Source: Candidatus Yanofskybacteria bacterium RIFCSPLOWO2_02_FULL_44_18
GTDB taxonomy: Bacteria; Patescibacteriota; Minisyncoccia; 2-02-FULL-40-12; GWA2-44-9
DNA length: 64,000 nucleotides
Direction of reading: 5' to 3'
NCBI GenBank assembly: GCA_001794755.1
Contig: MGKT01000006.1
Coordinates: 115,045-179,044, forward strand
Positions 10,233 through 20,400 of the stretch are shown one piece after another. The position numbers and the translations under genes are program-made. Under the pieces are notes generated by a model. It had not been told where the DNA came from. It made no database searches and was given only the letters and a program-made list of their open reading frames with translations. Numbering within the stretch: the stretch's first letter is position 1; every line of letters begins with the position of its first letter.

Positions 10233-11231
10233 CTATCTGTTGCACTCAAGAGAATTAACCGTCCACGTTGTGCCAATAACACGGGCATAAACCCAATCCC
10301 CAGTTTCGTTCTTCATCTGGAAACATGTACCCTTGGATGAAGCCGCACTGCTGCCAAACAGGATACTAACTGTGGCAGTATTAGTGGAACCCCCACCAAA
10401 CTCAGCAGTATACAGCCCGGAAGATTGCGAAGCCGTGGATGAACCAACTAGAAAATTGCTGGATACGCTTAAATCACCAGTGAATGAATGGGAAGCGGTG
10501 CCGGCTCTAATTCTACCCGATGTTTCAAAATTTCCTGATACAGAAACCTTGGCATCAAAGAAGGCATTGTCGTCAAATTCTACCAGACCTGAAACGAGAA
10601 TATCGTCGGCCGCAGCTAATGAGTGGCCGGTCGTACCGATACCAAATCTAGAGTAGGCCACGGATGCGGCACCAAATGTGCCACCGGCTTGGAGAGTATT
10701 AACGGTAAAGAAGTATGATGCCGAGGCCGTGCCTTGGACTTCAAATTTTGTGGATGGTGCGCCGCCAATAGCCACATTGGCATCAAAGAAGGCATTGTCG
10801 TCAAATTCTACCAGACCTGAAACGAGAATATCGTCGGCCGCAGCCAGTCCATGGCCTGTCGTGCCAGCACCGAATCTTGAGTATGCCACGGATGCGGCTG
10901 CAAATGTGCCTCCGGCTTGAATGGTGTTGATGGTAAAGAAGTATGATGCCGAAGCCGTGCCTTGGACTTCAAAAACAGTAGCAGGATTTGTGGTATTAAC
11001 ACCGACTCTATTATTGGTAGTGTCGACAATAAGCGAAGTCACAGTTCCGGCCGCATTCTGGAATTGCGCTGCCGTGGCAGAACCAACGGTTTGCGTAAAG
11101 GTACCCGTGGTACTCATGTTCGTCCCCAAGGTGCTGGCAGCAAAAGCGCCGAAAGGCATGAGAGCGAAGGCAAAAATCAAGGCGACCGAAAAAATCGACC
11201 TATAAACAGACCCATTACGAAGTTTTTTCAT
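10233..11231 (-). CDS. Secreted G/A/T/S-rich protein with internal tandem 76-aa repeats
   Basis: Signal peptide; two near-identical units (FEVQGTASASYFFT[IV]NT[IL]QAGGTF...DDILVSGLVEFDDNAFFDA); 228-nt DNA period. Confidence 0.6.
   Translation of the reverse strand: MKKLRNGSVYRSIFSVALIFAFALMPFGAFAASTLGTNMSTTGTFTQTVGSATAAQFQNAAGTVTSLIVDTTNNRVGVNTTNPATVFEVQGTASASYFFTINTIQAGGTFAAASVAYSRFGAGTTGHGLAAADDILVSGLVEFDDNAFFDANVAIGGAPSTKFEVQGTASASYFFTVNTLQAGGTFGAASVAYSRFGIGTTGHSLAAADDILVSGLVEFDDNAFFDAKVSVSGNFETSGRIRAGTASHSFTGDLSVSSNFLVGSSTASQSSGLYTAEFGGGSTNTATVSILFGSSAASSKGTCFQMKNETGDWVYARVIGTTWTVNSLECNR
10520..11010. repeat. Tandem direct repeat, 228-nt period, about 2 copies (coding repeat within CDS 10233..11231)
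   Basis: ggcatcaaagaaggcattgtcgtcaaattctaccagacctgaaacgagaatatcgtcggccgcagc occurs at about 10551 and again at about 10779. Confidence 0.8.
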
Positions 11232-11285
11232 ATAACTTTAATTATAAACCGATCAATGATGTGCGCAATCAACTTATCCACAACT

Positions 11286-13055
11286 TTATTTATTCCTATT
11301 TATCGCCTCTATCATTTGGTCGATCTCAATTGCTTTATTCCCCAGTTCTTGGGCCCTTTTCAAGTGTATAAGGGCTTGAACATTATCACCTTTGACAAAA
11401 TAAGCTGTACCCAATAACGCTCTTACATCTACATTATTCATTTTCCCGCTAAAATACTTACTGACAGTATCAATTGCGCCGACCGGGTCACGGAGAGTTA
11501 TCTGAATATAAGCGTACCTGATGACGTATTCATCAACTGGGTAAAATTCTATAACTTTTTTCAAGCTCCGGCCTGCTTCTTCAAAACGGCCTTCTTTTAT
11601 ATAAAGCTCGGCTAAATTGATATGGGTATTGATTGAATCTGGATTTAATTCTAAAGACTTTTTATATCTTTCTTCCGCCAATCTGTAATTGCCGTCATGA
11701 TCGGCGACAATTCCTAAAAGATTCTGGATGCGAGAATTGTTTTCATGAATATTTCGGGCGATATCCAATTGTTCTCTAGCTTCTTTCCATTCATCGGCCT
11801 TTATATGTACCGCCGCCAAGGCGGCCCGGGCAACCAAACTATCCGGGACCGTATCCACGGTCGCGGTAAACAATGTTCTAGCATCGTGCCAATCTTTGTT
11901 TCTGGTAATCGTTCTGGCGCCGTAAAGTGTTACTATTAAAATTAGAATCGCGTAAGCAAACTTCTTGCCGATTGTATGGACCGATTTGGATAAAAAACAA
12001 GAAATGATGAGGATAAAGCCCAGTGACGGCAAATACATCAGCCGCTCGCCCATTATTGTTCCGACTGGTTTTATCAGATTGGATATCATTAAGTAGGGGA
12101 ACAGAAAAAACACAGACCCGAGGCCAAGCTCTGTCTTATTTGTCTTTTTATAAAACAGCAGAAACAATAAAAGACTCAAAAAAACAATCCCAAAGAGGAA
12201 ATAGGGATTTAAAGGATTAGAGATAACCGGAATAGAATTATAAGAATAATCGGCGGAAAGGCGAACCGGCCAGATAAGTTTTTCAACATACAAATAAAGG
12301 ACATTAATGGCCGTAATTAGCCTTTCACCGAGAGGGGCAAACTTTAAAGGATTAGTGATTAATGTCGTAACAGCATCTTCGACAAAATATCTGCCTAAAA
12401 CTATATATCTTAAAACCATATAGACTCCCAGCGGCAAGGCAAAAAACGACATTCTCCTTACCGACAAAAATAATTTATTTTTAACCAACACCCAATCAAT
12501 ATAAAAAATCACGGGCAGAATAGTTATCGCGATTTCCTTGCTAAGCAGGGCGAGCAAGAATGAAGTCAGGCTCAATACGGTTTTTTTCTTGATATAAAAG
12601 TGGATTGTAATCAGACTCCAGAAAAAAGCCCACAGCTCCGCCCGGCCGACAATGGAAGTTACAGCTTCGGTATGTATGGGATGAGTTAAAAACAACAGGA
12701 AGACGGCATAAGATAAAAATTTATTTTTAAATAAGTAGTTTACCAGGCAGAAAACCAGAAAAGAATTGAGAGCATGAATAATTATATTTACAATATGAAA
12801 TCCAGCCGGGGAATCATTAATGTAGTGATTGATAGCGTAGGATGTCATCGTAAACGGCCGATAAAGGCCCGTTTTTGGCATATTTTGATGGTATGGCGAA
12901 ACAAAAAGATTAAAAAAATTTCTAGCATCTTTGACATCCGGCCTATTTTGAATAACAGTCACATCATCAAAAACAAACTCGCCGGAAATGCCGTTTCCGA
13001 ATACTAAAAAAGATAAGACGAGAGACGCCAGGAAAATCTTTTTGAACTTAAGCAT
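11286..13055 (-). CDS. GT-C-like membrane protein with C-terminal TPR repeats (TMTC/PMT_2/DUF1736-like putative protein O-mannosyltransferase)
   Basis: N-terminal FVFDD motif, about 10 TM, C-terminal TPR block; architecture of TMTC-type O-mannosyltransferases. Confidence 0.65.
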   Translation of the reverse strand: MLKFKKIFLASLVLSFLVFGNGISGEFVFDDVTVIQNRPDVKDARNFFNLFVSPYHQNMPKTGLYRPFTMTSYAINHYINDSPAGFHIVNIIIHALNSFLVFCLVNYLFKNKFLSYAVFLLFLTHPIHTEAVTSIVGRAELWAFFWSLITIHFYIKKKTVLSLTSFLLALLSKEIAITILPVIFYIDWVLVKNKLFLSVRRMSFFALPLGVYMVLRYIVLGRYFVEDAVTTLITNPLKFAPLGERLITAINVLYLYVEKLIWPVRLSADYSYNSIPVISNPLNPYFLFGIVFLSLLLFLLFYKKTNKTELGLGSVFFLFPYLMISNLIKPVGTIMGERLMYLPSLGFILIISCFLSKSVHTIGKKFAYAILILIVTLYGARTITRNKDWHDARTLFTATVDTVPDSLVARAALAAVHIKADEWKEAREQLDIARNIHENNSRIQNLLGIVADHDGNYRLAEERYKKSLELNPDSINTHINLAELYIKEGRFEEAGRSLKKVIEFYPVDEYVIRYAYIQITLRDPVGAIDTVSKYFSGKMNNVDVRALLGTAYFVKGDNVQALIHLKRAQELGNKAIEIDQMIEAINRNK

Positions 13056-14818
13056 TATTTTTTCAACCGAGAAGCAAGATCTTGAAGCAGTTTGCCTATT
13101 TCTGGATCCGAGCTGGAAAATTCAAGGCCCTTTTGAACATCTACCAGTGCCTTTTCTCTATTATTCAAGGCGAGATAAACCAGCGCTGAATTATAGTAAA
13201 CACGTGGATTATTGGGAATAATCATCTTGAGTTTCTCTATGTTATCAGCCGCTTTAGTCAAATCTCCGCGCTGGGCATATATAAATGCTAAATTTTGATA
13301 CGGATAATAAAAGGCCGGATTTATCTCTATCGCCCTATCAAATAATTTAACAGCCTCGTCAATTTTTCCTCTTGACTGGAGAATCGTCCCCAAGTTGTAA
13401 TAAGGCTGGGCAAAAGCATCACCCGATTCGATTGCTTTTCGGTAATAAAATTCTGCTTCCCCAATATTCCCTTGATTATAATATGTGTTGCCGAGATTGT
13501 TATTTATCCTCGTACTGGACGGCTCGTATCTCAAAATGTCTTTGTAAAAATCAACAGGTTTCCCCCATAAAATATTTCTTTTAACAGACTGGAAAGAAAA
13601 GAATAATAAATAAACTGCCAGCGCAATTACCAGTAAAGTCCGGCCCTGAATTTTTAATAACAGTGCATTCCTATTATCAAATATCTGAATCAGATAAAAT
13701 GAAACAATAAACCAGAACCCAATCATCGGTAGATACAGCCAGTGTTCATATATCAATGCGTTAATCGGGGTAATTCCGGAAACCGGACCAAGACCGATAA
13801 AAAATACCCCCCAGCCAAACAGCCAGATACGAAAATAAGTAATGTTTTTCTTGTAAAAAAAATATCCTATGCCGAGAATACCTGCCGTTATCCCCGCTCC
13901 CAGCCAGACAGGCCATTGGAATAAGGAGGTGTTAACGGTCATGCTTCTTTCCATATGCAGTCCTATCGGAACAAGAAGAAGTTTGAAATAATCAACCAAG
14001 ACATGCATGAAAGTGAAAATTCTGTAGAGCAGATTTTCCGAATATGCGTTAGGGGCGGAATAGAAATTCAGCGTATTTTGGAAATTCAATACTGTCAGAC
14101 GCAAAATTCCGTATATAAATACAACCGCAAAATACGGCCATAATTTTATCAGGCCTTGCTTTATAGACCTTATAAATCTCCCCTCCGATCTAAAAGAAAC
14201 ATAATAGACAAGAGCTAATAATGGAAAGATAATTGCTGTTTCCCGGCTCAAGAGGGCCAGGATCAAAGACAATAATGATAAAAATAAATATTTTGTCCCG
14301 GCCTTATCGAAGAATAAAAGAGAAAGGAGCATAAAAAATACGACAAGTAAGTCGCCTCGGCCGGAGATATACGTCACGGCTTCCGTCTGGAGAGGATGAA
14401 TGCTGAAAATAAGAGCCGTCAAAAAAGCGACAGCCGTTTTCTGGCTTTTGGAAATGCCTAATTCCAATCCGCGCAGCAGAAAAAAAACAAGAATCGCGTT
14501 GGCAATATGGATGAAATTGCTTGTCAGATGCCAAAATAGCGGTTGGGCTCCGGCTACAATATAATTAAGGGCAAATGTTAGAAACAGAAAGGGGCGATAG
14601 TAGTTGCTCTGAAGTCCGACACCGGCCAAAACATCATGGGTAAACCAAAACTTAATATTTGTCCACGAAAACTCATGGACAAATATATTATTGATTATCC
14701 AGTCAGAGTCATCCCAAAAAAGCTTATTGTTGAGATTAAAGAAATAAACAAAACCCGCGGCAATCATTAAAACGGCAATCGGAAGCCAAATATCCTTTTT
14801 TAACGCAAATTTATTCAT
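13055..14818 (-). CDS. GT-C-like membrane protein with C-terminal TPR repeats (paralog of 11286..13055)
   Basis: N-terminal LFWDDSDWIINN motif, multi-TM, TPR tail (GNTYYNQGNIGEAEFYYRKAIE...); TAATG overlap with downstream paralog. Confidence 0.65.
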   Translation of the reverse strand: MNKFALKKDIWLPIAVLMIAAGFVYFFNLNNKLFWDDSDWIINNIFVHEFSWTNIKFWFTHDVLAGVGLQSNYYRPFLFLTFALNYIVAGAQPLFWHLTSNFIHIANAILVFFLLRGLELGISKSQKTAVAFLTALIFSIHPLQTEAVTYISGRGDLLVVFFMLLSLLFFDKAGTKYLFLSLLSLILALLSRETAIIFPLLALVYYVSFRSEGRFIRSIKQGLIKLWPYFAVVFIYGILRLTVLNFQNTLNFYSAPNAYSENLLYRIFTFMHVLVDYFKLLLVPIGLHMERSMTVNTSLFQWPVWLGAGITAGILGIGYFFYKKNITYFRIWLFGWGVFFIGLGPVSGITPINALIYEHWLYLPMIGFWFIVSFYLIQIFDNRNALLLKIQGRTLLVIALAVYLLFFSFQSVKRNILWGKPVDFYKDILRYEPSSTRINNNLGNTYYNQGNIGEAEFYYRKAIESGDAFAQPYYNLGTILQSRGKIDEAVKLFDRAIEINPAFYYPYQNLAFIYAQRGDLTKAADNIEKLKMIIPNNPRVYYNSALVYLALNNREKALVDVQKGLEFSSSDPEIGKLLQDLASRLKK

Positions 14819-16808
14819 TAAAATATTTGGATAGAAATTCTCGGGCCTGTATGTTGCCTTTATCTCTTTTTAGAGCTTCTCTAAACATAAATCTGGCCTC
14901 GTCAAATTTTCCCAAATTCATATAAACACCGCCTAAAATGAAGTAATAGCGGCTGTCTTTTAGACCCAAGTCGATCGCCTTTTTTATGTTTTCAGCCGCT
15001 AATTTTTGTAGTTCTTTATCCGCGTAGGAAGCATAAGCCAATCCTTTGTGAAGATACGGGTACGGATTATCGGAATCAATCTTTATCGCTTCATCGGCAA
15101 AGTAAACCACCGGTTCCAGCCATTTAATATTATACAAAAATCGGGACAAATCAACGTTCAAATCAATTCTGTTTTTGTTGGAGTCCCTAATATGGTCTGT
15201 AATTTTGTTTGCGGCGTTTATATTTGTAATCAAAAATTTTGAAATAATATCTCCGTTTTTGATATTATTTTTAACTATAATAATTACGTCTTCATTTATA
15301 TAGGCGGTCTTCCAGTCGGGATTTTTGACAATACTTTCCAAAAAATCCTGTCCCCATGGTGTGGCATCGGCATGACCGAAAAAAATAAAATTAATATTAT
15401 ACTTGTCAGAAAATTCCTCCCATTTTTTTTCATCTTCCTGCATCGGCTTGTAAATTTCGCTGAAAAATTTTACCGAATATGCCTCCGGCCTGTTGTCAAC
15501 AAAAACTTTTTCATCGGGATAAAGATTTCCTATCAAATATCCGCCGATATCAAAGTTATTAAACATCGGCCCCTCTATTCCATTATCTTTCACAAATGTC
15601 ACCGCCCGCTCCAGTCCATTAGGCACGGATAATCCGAATGCCTTGGAAGAATTTATGTGCTTATAAAACCAATTGTTGGAAACAAGAAAAATTAGCAAAA
15701 TCAAAAAGACAGAGACTGTTATTTTAAGAACGGGGTTTATCCGGCTTGATTTTTCTAGTCTGAATCTGTCTTTAATTTTGCCAAAAATATCATTCAAAAT
15801 TATCGCCATGACCGGAAAGGAAGAAAGGGCATATAGCGGCAGATTGCGGAGCATTCTAAATCCGGCGTAGACAAAAAAAATGGAAATTATGATTTCAAAT
15901 ATTCTATTTTTTAATTTTTTCCCGGTTAAAATAAAAACTATAATCAGAGCCGATGCAGAAAGTTTAAATGTAAAAATAGACAAATTAAAATTGAAAAAAT
16001 CGGCCAGAAAAAACAAGGTTTGGTTTTCGGCAATGGTATAGCCATACTCATTCAATATATTAAAGGGTAAAATCGCGCCCTGAAATCCCTCGGGGTTGAT
16101 TAACGTGGCCAAGCTGGTCAATGCTCCAATTAGGGTTATTCTGGCAAGATTTGATTTTTTTGGAGATTCAGAATCGGACGCTGAAGTAAATAAACAATCA
16201 AGAAAAAAAGATAAAATCAGAAACGGGCCGATAAAAAAATAAATATGAAAATTCACCCACAAAATTTCCAGTACGGGCAAAAACCATAGCCAAAAATATT
16301 TATTTTCATACTTTGCTTTGAAAAGCGCGAACAGAAAAAAAGAAAGAATTGCAAAGCTAAATATCTCAGGCCGAACCTCGGTTCGTTCAATAAAAATAAA
16401 AACTGAAAGCAAAAACGATATTAAAAGCGGCCAGAAACTGGAATATTTTTTTATACCAAAAAATAGCAGTAAAAAAACACCAAAAACCAAAAGTACTTTA
16501 ACCAAAATGAGGCCAGTGAAACCGCCAAAGTTGAAAATGTGATAAAAGATGATCTCACTTAACCAATGGTGGTTTGTGAACGGAGAATTCGGCTCGGTAA
16601 AAGAGAATAGATTTGTTTTCGGAATTTCTTTTGTCTGCCAAATAATCTCCCCGACTTTCAAATGCCGGCCGATATCCTGGCCGATGGAATTGAAGCTGTG
16701 AACAGATAAAACAAAAAGCAGAGCAAAGGCGAGAACAAATAAATAATTATATTTAAGGAAGAACCACAACCGTTTTGCCATCGCATTGTTTCTCGAAAAC
16801 CTTAACAT
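14811..16808 (-). CDS. Polytopic membrane protein with C-terminal TPR repeats (third GT-C-like/TPR member of the tandem set)
   Basis: More than 10 TM segments, large soluble domain, TPR-like C-terminus; 8-nt overlap with next gene. Confidence 0.6.
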   Translation of the reverse strand: MLRFSRNNAMAKRLWFFLKYNYLFVLAFALLFVLSVHSFNSIGQDIGRHLKVGEIIWQTKEIPKTNLFSFTEPNSPFTNHHWLSEIIFYHIFNFGGFTGLILVKVLLVFGVFLLLFFGIKKYSSFWPLLISFLLSVFIFIERTEVRPEIFSFAILSFFLFALFKAKYENKYFWLWFLPVLEILWVNFHIYFFIGPFLILSFFLDCLFTSASDSESPKKSNLARITLIGALTSLATLINPEGFQGAILPFNILNEYGYTIAENQTLFFLADFFNFNLSIFTFKLSASALIIVFILTGKKLKNRIFEIIISIFFVYAGFRMLRNLPLYALSSFPVMAIILNDIFGKIKDRFRLEKSSRINPVLKITVSVFLILLIFLVSNNWFYKHINSSKAFGLSVPNGLERAVTFVKDNGIEGPMFNNFDIGGYLIGNLYPDEKVFVDNRPEAYSVKFFSEIYKPMQEDEKKWEEFSDKYNINFIFFGHADATPWGQDFLESIVKNPDWKTAYINEDVIIIVKNNIKNGDIISKFLITNINAANKITDHIRDSNKNRIDLNVDLSRFLYNIKWLEPVVYFADEAIKIDSDNPYPYLHKGLAYASYADKELQKLAAENIKKAIDLGLKDSRYYFILGGVYMNLGKFDEARFMFREALKRDKGNIQAREFLSKYFNE

Positions 16809-17367
16809 AACCTCCCGCAGTCACAAATTTTCCCTTACCATCAACCAGTCGGCCATATTGAATCTTCGCAGTCAGTTCATATCTTTTGCTCTTGGGATTG
16901 TCCGGTAATACTACGCTTAATAAACTTTCTCCATTTGGAATGGCAATGTTGCTGAATACGTTAGGGCCTACCGATATGCTTTCGTTAGGTGTTACTGTCC
17001 ATAAGACGTTTCTGCCAGGATGGTCAATCCCTTTATAGGTAAAGAGTGCGTCTTGATTGTCGTAGGTATTATGATCCAGGAATTTAATTTCGCCTTTTAA
17101 TGTGCAAGATGCGTCAGCCAATAGCAGATTCCAAGGAACTGGTTCGCCGTAGAATGTAGTCCTGCCATCGCCGGTCGGAAGCGGAACTTTTGAAGTTCTC
17201 GGCGAAGATGACGGAGATACCGACGGGGAAACTCCGATTGATTCTTGCGGTGATGATGTTGGTGTCAATGTTTCTAAGGCAACATCGTCTCCGTCCTTAG
17301 AAAAATAGAATACTGACGATACTAGTATGGCCACTAAAACTACAGGAATGAATATTTTTTTAATCAT
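16753..17367 (-). CDS. Secreted hypothetical protein with S/P-rich linker
   Basis: N-terminal TM/signal; SSPQESIGVSPSVSPSSSPRTS linker. Confidence 0.5.
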   Translation of the reverse strand: MIKKIFIPVVLVAILVSSVFYFSKDGDDVALETLTPTSSPQESIGVSPSVSPSSSPRTSKVPLPTGDGRTTFYGEPVPWNLLLADASCTLKGEIKFLDHNTYDNQDALFTYKGIDHPGRNVLWTVTPNESISVGPNVFSNIAIPNGESLLSVVLPDNPKSKRYELTAKIQYGRLVDGKGKFVTAGGYVKVFEKQCDGKTVVVLP

Positions 17368-17402
17368 CCAATGATGCTATCAAAATATATCAATTATGTA
17401 AA

Positions 17403-17438
17403 CCAAAACCCCCGCTCAAGGCGGGGGTTTTGTCTTCC
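17403..17438 (-). terminator. Rho-independent terminator (bidirectional hairpin) after the 1245-aa gene
   Basis: cccccgc-tcaa-gcggggg stem flanked by A-run/T-run. Confidence 0.7.
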
Positions 17439-17475
17439 CTAATATCCCTTAGAAATCAGGACATCTGGAATGAGA

Positions 17476-20400
17476 TTACCTCTGGAATGTCGGACCGTAC
17501 AACGGAACACTTCTCAAGACACCGGTTGTTGAAGCCTGGTCCAAAGAATTGGTGTTTCCTGCATAGTCAGCCACCCAGTTAATCAATCCTGCTATATCAT
17601 CCTGTAATGTGACCTGGAAGTAGTCCGGAGCCCTGCCGGTCGTTCCGGCGTTGCCATAGTGCTGCGTCGGATTGTCCAGACGGATGCTGAAGGTTCTTGT
17701 TCCACCAGCTGGAATTTCTATATCCTGACTTCCAAAGTTGAAGGATATAGAAGCGTTCTTACCAGGCTGTACACCGGAGGCCGCGGCCGCCATGCTGATG
17801 GTTTGGCTTGTGTCAGCCGCACCAGGCGTACCGATGCTTCTCAATGTACCCGTATCAATCACGGTTCCGGATTCATCCAATATCGAGAAGGTGGTGCTGG
17901 TCGTGGTATTTACCGATGACTGACCGGAAGCCACAATCTCAAAGTTTATAGAACCAGAACTGTTGTGTTCATTGTCAAATCTCAAGTTGGAGCCGGGCGC
18001 ACCCATGGCTGTTACCGAGAATTTGAACACGATTGGTGTACCGAGCAAGCTGTAAGGCGACGAAAGCGCGACCTGTTCAATCTTCGGGAAGACCCGATAG
18101 ACATACTGGTCAAACGCGCCGGCCACATCAGCGATGTTCGAACCTGTGCCGTCAATGACAGTTCCTGAACCGTCGCCGACTGCTCTAAAGCCGTTAACAT
18201 AGCTGTTGTTGAACGAATCCATAAGATCCAAGGAGAAGAATACATCTTGCGGAGTGCTCGCAATTTGAGTCGCACCTTCCGTCTTGGTCTTCATGTTGGC
18301 GTTCACGGTAATATCCAAGCTGCCGTCCTGCGGTACATAAGGCCGGTTGGCATCGGTTGACTCCCAATTGAAGTTTACCGAAGCTCCCTGACCGAATGAC
18401 TGAGTTCTGGTGATGGTACTACCAGCCTTGTTCTTGTAGGACAAGATTACTTCTTTGACGTTCGCGGCCGCGTCTGCCTTTTCAGCGGCGGTCGAAGCAG
18501 CAATCGTCAGTTTTTCTATGTACTGGCCTTCATCCGTCGCGCTTATCCTGAACTTGGATATCGGCGCGTTGGTTTGGCCCCAGTAGACAGCACCTTTAAC
18601 CGGGCTATCAGCCGAGGTGGCCAATGTCATCGAACCGGAATTCTTGACCGTCAAAACTTGGGTCGGGCTGGTCGTGCCGTTTACGCCTGCGCTAGCTGCG
18701 CCCGGATTCACAGTGTTGGAATCAGAATCCAATGCCGTAACGTCTCCGGTGGCAGCGATATCAAAGGCATAAAGGTCTCCTGCCGTACCCGATGCTTGGT
18801 TATTGGACAAATCAACTCTAACCAGCATCGTTTTGGATGTGCCGGCCGGAATATTCCAATCCAGATTACCGAAGGTCATCGTACCAGTTCCAGAAGTACC
18901 TAATGAATTGTTGGTTACTTTTTCTGAACCGGCAATCAATGCGCCAGTTCCAGATTCATATAGCTGAACCTTGGCCATGGCGCTGGAAACCGAGACCGAG
19001 TTACCGCCATCTTCGACACCCTCATCAAAGGTTGTCGTATCAGCGGCATAACCGGTTATCTTAATCGTGGTCACTTTAAGTGCTGAAGCTTGGCTGGCGG
19101 CAAATGTGATGCCAACCGCGTCAACGTCCTTTGTACCTCGAATCTTTGTCTGGTCACTTGGCGTACCGGCCAAGCTCAAAGTCAAAGACGAAGCGGAAAG
19201 GGTAATGTTCGGACCGTTAATATCAGCTCGAGGGACAATATCAGCCGCTGCGACTGAAGTGTTTGTGCCCGAGTATTTCATTACGGTTACATCACCGGCA
19301 TCATCCGAGTAATCATCAAGAATTGCTCTGATGATACTTCCGTCAATTAATTCACCGGTAACATTGGCTGTGTTTATATCAGCCGTAACCTTGAAGTTAT
19401 ATGTCGTACCGGCCATTAAATCGAGGACATCGGTAAATGATTCCTGAACACCGCCTCCAGCCGGACAGCTGGTTGTGTCGTCGGCATGATCAAATGCTGT
19501 GGCATCCTTCGGACCGATGACAACAGTGTTGGTATCCTCGTTCCAGACTTTGAAGTCTGTAACGTCATCCCAATCTCCTTCGGTGGTTTCAGTATCATAT
19601 GTTCCGTCACCAGCTTGGTCAGCACAGAGAGTAAACTCTGTCTTCTTAACCTCAATGTTGCTGGCGGCAGTCACTGAATACCTCAAGAGAGTAACATCAG
19701 TGGCCGTGGTGCCGACAGTGCTGGCATTAGGACCATTGAATACTAATGTCAATGCTCCACCCTGAAGAGTCAAAGTCGTCGCTTCATCGGCGGTATCAAG
19801 GGTATTGGTGCCCTCAGCCATACCTTGGCCGTATTGGTCCCCAACAGCTAAAACATCTGAATTGTTCTCAAAATAGAGATCAATCGTTTCATCTTTCTTT
19901 CCGCCCACATCTCCATAGACCTTGAATGTGGCATTACCGCCTTTGGCGATAGAATAGCCGGAACCGAGGTCAAATACGAGATAGCTGTCGGAAGTTACCG
20001 AACCGGACCATTCCATGGCACCGGTTTTTATCTTGACATTGGTCAAATCGGCCGGTTTCAAGTTTCCGCCGTTTAACAGAGTCAGGCGCTTAACTGAAGC
20101 ACCTTCGGTATTGGCCGTTAACTTGAATTCCGCGAGCTGGGCTTGCTTCTGACCCACGGTTGGGTTTGAAAGCGAACCGACTTCAGCGACATCAATTGTT
20201 CCGGACGAGGTTCCTGAAGTCGTAAAGTTATTGCCGCTTAACGGTGTACCTGAAATAGCGGCTCCACCCGTTGCAACCATGCCCGTCAACTGAAGATAGT
20301 TAACGTTGCCGGCCGTATTTGCGGAAGCCATATCAGCCACGATCGAAAAATCTTTTGTTCCATTGACTGCTCCATCAGTGGAGTCCAGCAAGAACGTCAC

